Virus record (IMG/VR): IMGVR_UViG_3300031994_000053
Location: 1 to 64,000 of that record
From: a virus
Taxonomy: Duplodnaviria; Caudoviricetes
Strand: one strand, 5' to 3'
Length of the DNA: 64,000 bases
In this document: in pieces, positions 8,508 to 16,050 of the stretch
Position numbering within the stretch: position 1 is the stretch's first letter
Layout of the letters: each line of letters starts with the position of its first letter
Position numbers and translations under genes: made by a program
The notes under the pieces: generated by a model
The model's database searches: none
What the model was told of the DNA's origin: nothing
Seen by the model: the letters and a program-made list of their open reading frames with translations, nothing else

Positions 8508-9850
8508 ACGCAAATGCAAAGGAACTCATGGCCGAACTGATACTGATCTCCCGGGCGAAGGCCGCCCGGGAGGCGCAGTCCCGGAAGGCCCCTCCGCCGG
8601 GGCCCGAGCCGGTACCCGGCAGCCTGTTCGCCATAGGGCAGCGCTCCGGTGACGGGCGCGACATGGCGGGCCGGGCGCTTTTGACCGGCGCGCCGGCCCA
8701 GACGGCATTCCGCCAATCGGCGTTTGCCCGGTTGGCCCCGTGGCCCTGGAGCTTCGTCGGCCAGGACGGCAGCGGCGCGCTCTTCATCGGGGACCACATG
8801 GCCCTGTTTCCGGACGTCCACGGGAACATATGGAAGCCCGACGGCTCCGCCGAACCGATATGCGTCGGCCGCTGGGGGGGCCCCGGCGGCCCGGTTTTCC
8901 CATCGCTGTCCGCGGACCTCGGCGACATACGGGCGTTCGAGCAGCTCCGGCCGCGCCTCGTCAGGCGCACCGACGCGGACGAACTCGACGAGTTCGAGTC
9001 CTCCGACTTCTACCTGTGGAACGACGGAATATACGACACCCAAGATGATTCACGTGGCTACGTCTTCTGCACCGAACATGCGGAAGACGGAAACGAGAAC
9101 GACAGGTGTCTCTATCCAGACAAGGACGGCAACGTCTGGCTCTGGTCCGAAAACGAGGACGCCGACGATCCGTCGGGCGGCCGGATGGAGTGTGTCGGGT
9201 GCTGGAAGAACGAACCGGCGGCGCCCCGGATCGACAGCCGCGTCGGCGTGGGCCTTGAAAGCGCGTACGCCTGCCTTTCGCTCGTCGTCTACGGCTCGTG
9301 CCTCCGCGACCACATAGCCGAGTCCAGGTTCTTCCTCGAGCACGCGGTGCGCACGCCCGCGGGGGGGACGACCTGGCAGTTCGCCGCCGGCCACGCCTTC
9401 TTCCACGTCCGGGACGAGGGGGACGACCTCGTGGCCGTCTTTCCGGACGTCCACGGAAACCTGTGGCGGCGCCCGACGTCGGCCGGACCGATCTACCGGT
9501 GCGTCGGGCACTGGTTGTTTGGGGACGGCGAACGGGAGGCCGGAACCGCGCCCGCCGGGGCCCGGACGTGGCTCGTCCAGCCCGGGCCCGCCGAAATCGG
9601 GACGTGCGTCCGCGAAGACCGCCTCCCCGAACTCGTGAACTTCGGGTCCGCGTACGGCGAACGGGTGAAGGCGTCCCGGTTCTACCGCGAGCGCCGCAGC
9701 CCGGGGGGTTGCCTGCGCCGGGACGGCAGGGGCCGCGCCGTGTTCACGGACGCCCTGACCGGGTTCGTCCTCCATCCGGACGTCCACGGAAACGTGTGGC
9801 GCCAGACGGAGCCCGGGACGTACGTCTGCGAGGGGCGCTGGGACTACTGA
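8504..9850 (+). CDS. Hypothetical protein with four copies of a PD(V/K)(H/D)GN(I/V/L)W...C-x-G-x-W module
   Basis: 448 aa from ATG 8504; FPDVHGNIW, YPDKDGNVW, FPDVHGNLW, HPDVHGNVW, each followed by CVGRW/CVGCW/CVGHW/CEGRW. Confidence 0.75.
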   Translation: MNANAKELMAELILISRAKAAREAQSRKAPPPGPEPVPGSLFAIGQRSGDGRDMAGRALLTGAPAQTAFRQSAFARLAPWPWSFVGQDGSGALFIGDHMALFPDVHGNIWKPDGSAEPICVGRWGGPGGPVFPSLSADLGDIRAFEQLRPRLVRRTDADELDEFESSDFYLWNDGIYDTQDDSRGYVFCTEHAEDGNENDRCLYPDKDGNVWLWSENEDADDPSGGRMECVGCWKNEPAAPRIDSRVGVGLESAYACLSLVVYGSCLRDHIAESRFFLEHAVRTPAGGTTWQFAAGHAFFHVRDEGDDLVAVFPDVHGNLWRRPTSAGPIYRCVGHWLFGDGEREAGTAPAGARTWLVQPGPAEIGTCVREDRLPELVNFGSAYGERVKASRFYRERRSPGGCLRRDGRGRAVFTDALTGFVLHPDVHGNVWRQTEPGTYVCEGRWDY

Positions 9851-9862
9851 CGGGGGTGGCTT

Positions 9863-10255
9863 GTGAAACGGTATGCAATCTCAACGGAAGACGTCGGGGC
9901 GGACGTCCTTCCGCTTGTCGCGGCCGTCAGGGCCGTCGCCCAGGACTTCTTCGCCCTGGCCGACATGGTCGGGGACGACGGCGACCCCCGCGCGGCGCGG
10001 CCGGTGCCGCGGCGCGTGGTCACGCTTCTCGGCGTAGACGTGCGGAAGAACGTCCGCGACGCCGAGGAGCGCGCGGCCGCGTTCGCGAAGCGCTTCGAGC
10101 CCATAAGAAGCAGATCTACGCAAGTTCCCCCCGGGAGGGGCCCCGGGGAGGGCGCCGCCGGTTGCGCGGCGGACGCCTCGGCCAGCCCAAGGGAAGACGG
10201 ACCGGAGAATGACGGTGCGTCCGGACCCCGCCCGGGTCCGGACGCGGTGGAATGA
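9863..10255 (+). CDS. Hypothetical protein
   Basis: 130 aa, GTG start, operon position. Confidence 0.55.
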   Translation: MKRYAISTEDVGADVLPLVAAVRAVAQDFFALADMVGDDGDPRAARPVPRRVVTLLGVDVRKNVRDAEERAAAFAKRFEPIRSRSTQVPPGRGPGEGAAGCAADASASPREDGPENDGASGPRPGPDAVE

Positions 10256-10390
10256 CACGGGCCGGCCGCCGCGGCGGCCGGGGTCGGAAGACTCGAAGCC
10301 GGACAGGCGCCCGTCATGGGGCGCCCGTCCGGCGCCGCGGACTGTCTTTATGGCGGCGTCGCGCCGCCAGGCTAACAAAAAGGAAACCAA

Positions 10391-10858
10391 ATGAACGTCA
10401 TAGACAACGTCTGCCGCGCCCGGAGCGCGGCCCAGGCCATCCGGCGCGCCGGGGCGTGCGTCGCGGCGGCCCACCCCGACCTCGGGTGGAACAACGCCGT
10501 GGCGGTATGCGTCGAGAACCTCGCGCGCGGGGTTCTCGAGAACCTCGGGGAGATCGAGGGGTTCGTCGTCGCAGCCGGCGACGCGCCCCTGAAGCCCGCG
10601 GCCCCCGGGACCGTGCGGGAGCTCCGGCGGGCCCTCGCGGATTTGCCGGGCGACCTGCCCGTCAGTTTCACGGCGCCCGGCACCGGGAGGTTCCGTCTCG
10701 GGCGCGGGCGCCCGGACGGCGGAATCGAGGTGTGTCGGAACCAGGGCGGCGAACCCGAAAGCGCCGAAGTGGTTCTCGAACCGGCCACGCCGTCCGCGGC
10801 GTTTGACGGAACGCCAATATGCGACGGGGCGCCGGCGGTTGCGGACGCCATTGCGTAG
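10391..10858 (+). CDS. Hypothetical protein
   Basis: 155 aa; AAGGA SD. Confidence 0.7.
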   Translation: MNVIDNVCRARSAAQAIRRAGACVAAAHPDLGWNNAVAVCVENLARGVLENLGEIEGFVVAAGDAPLKPAAPGTVRELRRALADLPGDLPVSFTAPGTGRFRLGRGRPDGGIEVCRNQGGEPESAEVVLEPATPSAAFDGTPICDGAPAVADAIA

Positions 10859-10912
10859 GAAAGGCCGTCGTCCAATAGTTTCCCGTCCCCGGGTGGGGAG
10901 CGGGTTCGACCC

Positions 10913-10943
10913 GCGGGGCCTCCGGGTGGGGGCCCCGCTTTTT
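10913..10943 (+). terminator. Intrinsic terminator
   Basis: GCGGGGCC...GGCCCCGC-TTTTT. Confidence 0.7.
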
Positions 10944-10972
10944 GTGCACAAGACAATACAGGAGCATGCAAC

Positions 10973-11542
10973 ATGCCTGAAGCAAACATCAACGCCGCGG
11001 CCGTCTCGGCCGGGGAAATCGCCAGCGCGGCCAGCCGCGAGTCCAGGGGGATACGTGTACGCTACACGGTCAAGCCCAGGTACGAGACCGTCGCCATCCT
11101 TGGCAAGACCGTCGAAAGCGCCGGTTTCGCCGGCACCGCCGACCGCGAGACCATGAAGCGCGTGTACGTCACCGAGGACACCGGTTTCGACGGCTCCCAG
11201 GTAATCGTCGACGGCGTCGACGAGTACGGGATCCGCACGGTCGAGGCCGCCGAGGCCACCGTGTCGATCGCCTTCGTCGGCGACGACAAGGCCCATATCC
11301 CCGCGACCTGGAAGCTCAAGGGCTTCAAGGCCAAGTCCGCCGAAAACGACGGCGTCGACTTCTTCGTCGGCGAGGAGATGGCGGACAAGCTCGCCGCCCT
11401 CCTCCGCACGGCGGACGCCGTCTCCGTCCAGAACCCGCAGTTCGCCGGGCTCTGGAAGGTCGTCGACGTCAACACCGGCGACCGCGTCTTCATCCGCGCG
11501 ATCGCGCCCGTCGAGAAGGACGGGCACGTCTGCCGCCGCTAG
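10973..11542 (+). CDS. Hypothetical protein, probably highly expressed
   Basis: 189 aa; CAGGAG SD; extreme GC3 bias; bounded by terminators. Confidence 0.8.
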   Translation: MPEANINAAAVSAGEIASAASRESRGIRVRYTVKPRYETVAILGKTVESAGFAGTADRETMKRVYVTEDTGFDGSQVIVDGVDEYGIRTVEAAEATVSIAFVGDDKAHIPATWKLKGFKAKSAENDGVDFFVGEEMADKLAALLRTADAVSVQNPQFAGLWKVVDVNTGDRVFIRAIAPVEKDGHVCRR

Positions 11543-11552
11543 CGCGGCGCGC

Positions 11553-11589
11553 CGCCCCCGGCAGTCCCGCCGGGGGCGTTTTCCTTTTT
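11553..11589 (+). terminator. Intrinsic terminator
   Basis: CGCCCCCGGC-AGTCCC-GCCGGGGGCG-TTTTCCTTTTT. Confidence 0.8.
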
Positions 11590-11663
11590 GCCGGCGCCCC
11601 GCAGGGCGGGCGCGCCATGAACCGGGTCCCGCAAGGCGGAACCCTATCGAAAGGAGGTCCGGA

Positions 11664-12716
11664 ATGTCGGACCGCAAGACAAAATTCATCAAAATGGCCA
11701 ACCTGGACGATCTCCGGGAAGGAGACGTCCTCTACGTCAGGGGCGGGACCCGGATCTCCGTCAAGAAGGCCCGGGAATTCGGTGTCTCCATCGGGGAGAC
11801 GAACCGGTCCATGAACGAGGAGAAACTGTTCACCGAAATATTCGGAGGAGGAGACCCCAAGGTCCTTTTCGTCCACGAGGCGAGGAAGCTGACCGACCGC
11901 AAGGCCCCGGAGGCCCTTGGCGGAGGGGGCCTGGACGCCTTCGTCGCGGCCTTCGCGCCGCCCAAGCCCCGGCTCGTCAGCGCCCGGGTGTTCGCGATGG
12001 AGCTCCCGGCCTTTCTGGACGTCCTGTCGGAGGACGTCGGGAGGGTGGACGAGACCGGCCGCCAAAAGTGGAGCTTCTACGGAAACGACGACGCCGGTCT
12101 CCGCGCTCCGGCAAGTTCGCTCGACCATGACATGTTCGCCAGCGCGGGCGCTATCCTTGTCGCGGGCGACCCGCTGTTCAAGCTTAACGAAAACGACGAC
12201 GCCTGGGGCAAGGAAGGCACGACGGGGTGGCTGGCCGGCGACATGCTCGCGGCCCTGGCCGACAACGCGGCGCGCGTTTTCGGCCCCGGCGCCTTCGAGG
12301 GGCTGACGCCCGTCACCGAACGCGGGACGCGGTACTGCCGCAACAGCGGCGCCGCGGCCCGCCTTCTCGGCGTGACCAGGAGCAGGTCAGGCCGCCGCTA
12401 CGGGCTCACGCTGCCCGCGGCGTACCTCAGGTACGCCGTCTCCCGCGGCGTCGTCCCCCTGCGCCCGGCGAACCTCTCGTTCGCCAAGGCCGTCGGCGCC
12501 GCGAGGCTCGCGGCCGTCGCCAGGACGCTCTCCTGGCAATGTACGAAAAAGCGCGAGGAGGACGCCGTCAAGGCGCTCCGTTTCGCGTTCGCCAAAGTCC
12601 GCGAGTCGCAGCGCCTCTGGGACGGCGCGTCCAAAAGGCTGGCGCGGGAGTCCCTGTGGGCCCAGGCGAAGTCCGCGTTCTCCGCGCTCTTCGAAACGAA
12701 GGGGGGCAGGCCGTGA
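11664..12716 (+). CDS. Hypothetical protein
   Basis: 350 aa; AAAGGAGG SD. Confidence 0.8.
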   Translation: MSDRKTKFIKMANLDDLREGDVLYVRGGTRISVKKAREFGVSIGETNRSMNEEKLFTEIFGGGDPKVLFVHEARKLTDRKAPEALGGGGLDAFVAAFAPPKPRLVSARVFAMELPAFLDVLSEDVGRVDETGRQKWSFYGNDDAGLRAPASSLDHDMFASAGAILVAGDPLFKLNENDDAWGKEGTTGWLAGDMLAALADNAARVFGPGAFEGLTPVTERGTRYCRNSGAAARLLGVTRSRSGRRYGLTLPAAYLRYAVSRGVVPLRPANLSFAKAVGAARLAAVARTLSWQCTKKREEDAVKALRFAFAKVRESQRLWDGASKRLARESLWAQAKSAFSALFETKGGRP

Positions 12717-13147
12717 AGTTCACGCTGCTGTTTCCCGACGGAACCGAAAAGTCGGTCGGGGCGTGGAAGCCGTCCGGCAGCGGGATGCACGCGTACGCGG
12801 CCCTCGAGGGCCTCGCGTCCGCGGCCGGCGGCGCGTTCGCGGTTGGCGACAAAACGAGGCCGCCCGTCGTCGCCCCGCCCGGGGACTACCTCATCGACGA
12901 GGACACCGCCGTCGCGGCGCTCACGGCCGTGACGGACATCTTCGCGATGAAAGGCTGCGAAAGGGACCTGCCGTGCTGGTTCCTGTCCGGGGGGAAGCGG
13001 TCCGGAAGGGAGCCGGACTTCCGGCTGCGGCTGGACAGCAGGACCGCGGAGGACGATCCGGCCGTGGCCGCCGGGGACTCGGAGACCGTCTTCGAGCTTC
13101 CGGGGGATTCGTCGTCCGGCGCAGGCAAAATCGCGGAGGAGTATTAG
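12713..13147 (+). CDS. Hypothetical protein
   Basis: 144 aa from GTG 12713 overlapping the upstream stop (MKFTLLFPDG...). Confidence 0.7.
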   Translation: MKFTLLFPDGTEKSVGAWKPSGSGMHAYAALEGLASAAGGAFAVGDKTRPPVVAPPGDYLIDEDTAVAALTAVTDIFAMKGCERDLPCWFLSGGKRSGREPDFRLRLDSRTAEDDPAVAAGDSETVFELPGDSSSGAGKIAEEY

Positions 13148-13148
13148 A

Positions 13149-14279
13149 ATGAAAAACGAATTGTTTCTTTTCGGGCACCCGTGCTTCCTCTCCGGAGGCG
13201 CGAAGGCCGGGACCAGTCGCGTCAGCTACGACCGCGCCACAAGCTACGTCGGGGACTCCGACCGGACGGTCGTGACGCCGGACCTCCGCGCCGGGGAGGC
13301 GATGGCCACGCCGAAACGCCTGTGCGAGGCCGCCGGCCAGACCCTGTTCCACGGGATTGGGTCGTACCATGGCCGCCAGGGATCCGCCAACCGGTTCGCC
13401 GTCGACGACGGCTGGCCGACGATCGGCGCGGAAATAGAGACCGTCGCGAGGGAATGCCCGCGCGACGACATGTACAAGGCCCTCGTCTCGAACTGGTTCT
13501 GGTTCGAGCGCGACGGAAGCCTGCCCGAGGGCACGGGCCACGAGTGCGTGACGGCCCCGCTGAGCCGCCGGCACTGGGGCAGCCCGGAACTCTGGCTCGG
13601 GCTCCAGAACGCCTTGTCGCCCTGGCTGTACAGCTGGGACTGCACCAAGACGGGGCTCCATGTCCACGTCGGCCTCGACCGGTTCGGGAACATCGAACCC
13701 GATCTCCCGGTCCCGCTCGACGGGGAGGACCGGAGGACGCTCGGGGCGCTCGCTTCGGCGTACGTCTACATGAAGGCCCCGCAGGCCCTCGTGAACCGCG
13801 TCTTCCAGCGCCGCCGCGGGGACTACTGCGACGCCAGCGCGCTGAAAGCCTACGGCGGGCCGCTGGCCGCCGTCTTCACGTCCCCGGACACCACGGGCGT
13901 CTGCGCCCGGCTGGTCGAGGCCGCCGCGGCCATGTCCGACTACACGATGCGGAACCTGATGGCGGGTCTTGCCGACACGGGCTTTTCGGACACCGTAAGG
14001 CACTCCAACCTGGGCACGCACGGGTGCGAGATAAACTTCGCGCACCCGTACACCGTCGAGTTCCGGCGGGGCAAGGGGACGCTCAACGGGCTTTCAATCC
14101 ACCGGATGGTCGAGTTCTGCGCGTGCTGCGTGAAGTTCGCGGAGTACATCGTGGCCGACCACTCGTTCCAGCCCACCGTCCCCGGTTTCCTCGAATTCGT
14201 CGAGGGGAACACCAGCAGCGCCGTCCTGGCGGCGGACGCCAGGGAATTTCTCGGAAAGGAGAGCACGGAATGTGCGTAA
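13149..14279 (+). CDS. Putative amidoligase (glutamine-synthetase-like COOH-NH2 ligase, Amidoligase_2 type)
   Basis: 376 aa; IGAEIE, ERDGSL, GHECVTAPL, TGLHVHVG, EINF, TVEFRRGKGTLN. Confidence 0.85.
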   Translation: MKNELFLFGHPCFLSGGAKAGTSRVSYDRATSYVGDSDRTVVTPDLRAGEAMATPKRLCEAAGQTLFHGIGSYHGRQGSANRFAVDDGWPTIGAEIETVARECPRDDMYKALVSNWFWFERDGSLPEGTGHECVTAPLSRRHWGSPELWLGLQNALSPWLYSWDCTKTGLHVHVGLDRFGNIEPDLPVPLDGEDRRTLGALASAYVYMKAPQALVNRVFQRRRGDYCDASALKAYGGPLAAVFTSPDTTGVCARLVEAAAAMSDYTMRNLMAGLADTGFSDTVRHSNLGTHGCEINFAHPYTVEFRRGKGTLNGLSIHRMVEFCACCVKFAEYIVADHSFQPTVPGFLEFVEGNTSSAVLAADAREFLGKESTECA

Positions 14280-15748
14280 TAGCGTACGGGAGGAAATCGG
14301 ACTTCCCGAAAAAGGAATTGCTGCAATGCATGAAGGCGAACCCGAGCGGGTTCTTCCTCGCGGCCATACGGCCCGACGGGGAAGGCCCCGGCGGGAAGAT
14401 CGTCGGCATGGTGCGGACACTTTCCAGGGCGGACGCCGAGGCGGCGTTCGACAAGGCGGAGAACGGCGACATGATACTGCTCCACGCCCGCATCCCGTCC
14501 CGCGGGGACACCACGCTCGAGAACGTCCACGGGTGGCCCGGGGACGGCGGCGAGGTTTTCTTCGCGCACAACGGGACGATGCACTCGCTCCCGAAGGAGG
14601 AGGGGAAGACGGACTCGCAGTCCTTCTTCGAACACATCTTCCTTCCGCTTTGGCGGGGTGCCGGAAAGGAGTTCTCGGCGGACGTCGAGTACGCCATCCG
14701 GGAACGGACGGACGGCTACAACAAATTCGCCTTTTTGTTAAAAACCGGCGAGGTGAAATTGTACGGCGAGTATGTCGAGGACCATGGGATGAAATACTCC
14801 AACAACTCGTACAAGGTCTACGAACCCGCCGCGAAGGACCACGGCTGGTCCCAATGGGACTGCTATTGCGGCTGCTCCGGCCATCCCGCCAGGCGGCCGT
14901 CGGAAGGCGTCGCCGAGACCACGGACGACGCGGCCGGAATTCGCGGGACGCATGCGGCAAAACCGCTTCCGCCGCCGAAGGCCGCCCCGAAATGGGACGC
15001 CATCGACAGGGTGCAGTGGATCCGCGACGTGGCCGTAGCCAGGTACGGCGATGATTTCGGCGACGGTTCCGCATTCGCGGCGGCGACCCTCGGGTTCCGC
15101 CGGCTCGCACGCATGGCGCCGCTGCACCTGGCCGTGCTCCGCACCATGTCGGACACGTCCGCGTTCACCGACCCGGTGACGTGCCAGCCGTACGCGGTGG
15201 CCCGCCGATTCGGCGAAACCCCGATGGGCGCGACCCTCGAGGCCCTCCAGATGAGGCTGTCCGCCACGGGCGACGAGTCCGCCGCGGACCTTTTCGCCGA
15301 GCTGGCCGCCCACATGGAGGATTCGCTGCCCGCGAAGGACTCGGGCCTTGGCGAGGGGTTCGTCGCGATCAGGTTCGCGGAGAAATACGCCGGGTTGCTG
15401 TGGGACCTCGTGTCGGGCGGCGTCGCGGCGGGCGACGACATCGTGACGGCCCTGCTGGCGATGGACTCCGACGTCCGGTCGCTTGGGGCCCTGGCCGGAA
15501 TCACCCGGGTTCCGGACAAAGGGGGCGTCGAGTCCGTCGTCCGGTATCGGACGAAATGGCGCGCGACCAGGCCGCCGGTTCTCGTGCAGTGCCGGCCGGA
15601 CGAGATCTTCGCCCCGGTCGGCTGCAAGCCGGCGGCCCGCAAGTCGTGGATGAAGCTGGCCGGGCGCGTGCTCGGCGCGCTGCACGACTACGCGGAGACG
15701 TTCGACGACGCTGTGGAGTCGCTGCGAAAGGGAGGCATGGAATGGTAA
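14270..15748 (+). CDS. Class-II (Ntn) glutamine amidotransferase with C-terminal extension
   Basis: 492 aa from ATG 14270; Cys2 nucleophile (MCVI), NPSG, HARIPSRG...NVHGW, AHNG, TDS. Confidence 0.85.
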   Translation: MCVIAYGRKSDFPKKELLQCMKANPSGFFLAAIRPDGEGPGGKIVGMVRTLSRADAEAAFDKAENGDMILLHARIPSRGDTTLENVHGWPGDGGEVFFAHNGTMHSLPKEEGKTDSQSFFEHIFLPLWRGAGKEFSADVEYAIRERTDGYNKFAFLLKTGEVKLYGEYVEDHGMKYSNNSYKVYEPAAKDHGWSQWDCYCGCSGHPARRPSEGVAETTDDAAGIRGTHAAKPLPPPKAAPKWDAIDRVQWIRDVAVARYGDDFGDGSAFAAATLGFRRLARMAPLHLAVLRTMSDTSAFTDPVTCQPYAVARRFGETPMGATLEALQMRLSATGDESAADLFAELAAHMEDSLPAKDSGLGEGFVAIRFAEKYAGLLWDLVSGGVAAGDDIVTALLAMDSDVRSLGALAGITRVPDKGGVESVVRYRTKWRATRPPVLVQCRPDEIFAPVGCKPAARKSWMKLAGRVLGALHDYAETFDDAVESLRKGGMEW

Positions 15749-16050
15749 TCGCGCATTTCTTCACGCGAAAGTCCGGCGGGCGGACGCTCCTCATGTGCGA
15801 GACTTCGGTCTCCGGCGACTCGGAGTCCCCCTGGAAGGCGCCGCGTGTGATGTTCGAGGTCGGACAGGCCGAAAGCGTCGCCGCGTGGACGGAGCAGGCC
15901 AAGGTCCTTGTGGCCAGGGCCCACCCCGACCATGAGATCGCCGACATTGCCGTGCCGCCCGGGCGCCGGGCGTTTGACATAACCCTCAAGAAACCGGGGA
16001 AGCCCGGTCCGATTAGGAGATTGATCAATGGAATCAAGGGCAAAGCTTGA
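15742..16050 (+). CDS. Hypothetical protein
   Basis: 102 aa from ATG 15742; GGAGG SD; overlaps both neighbours. Confidence 0.65.
   Translation: MVIAHFFTRKSGGRTLLMCETSVSGDSESPWKAPRVMFEVGQAESVAAWTEQAKVLVARAHPDHEIADIAVPPGRRAFDITLKKPGKPGPIRRLINGIKGKA

Noticed and set aside
10899-10915. GGGTTCGACCC resembling a tRNA T-arm
   Set aside because: Loop is 5 nt and no acceptor, D or anticodon arms can be built; it is a short hairpin next to a terminator
13181-14269. Track ORF 13181..15748 read as an 855-aa protein; likewise 8075, 30595 and 37322 extensions
   Set aside because: The 5' extensions overlap real genes in another frame; the true starts are 14270 (Cys2 nucleophile), 8504, 32704 and 37400
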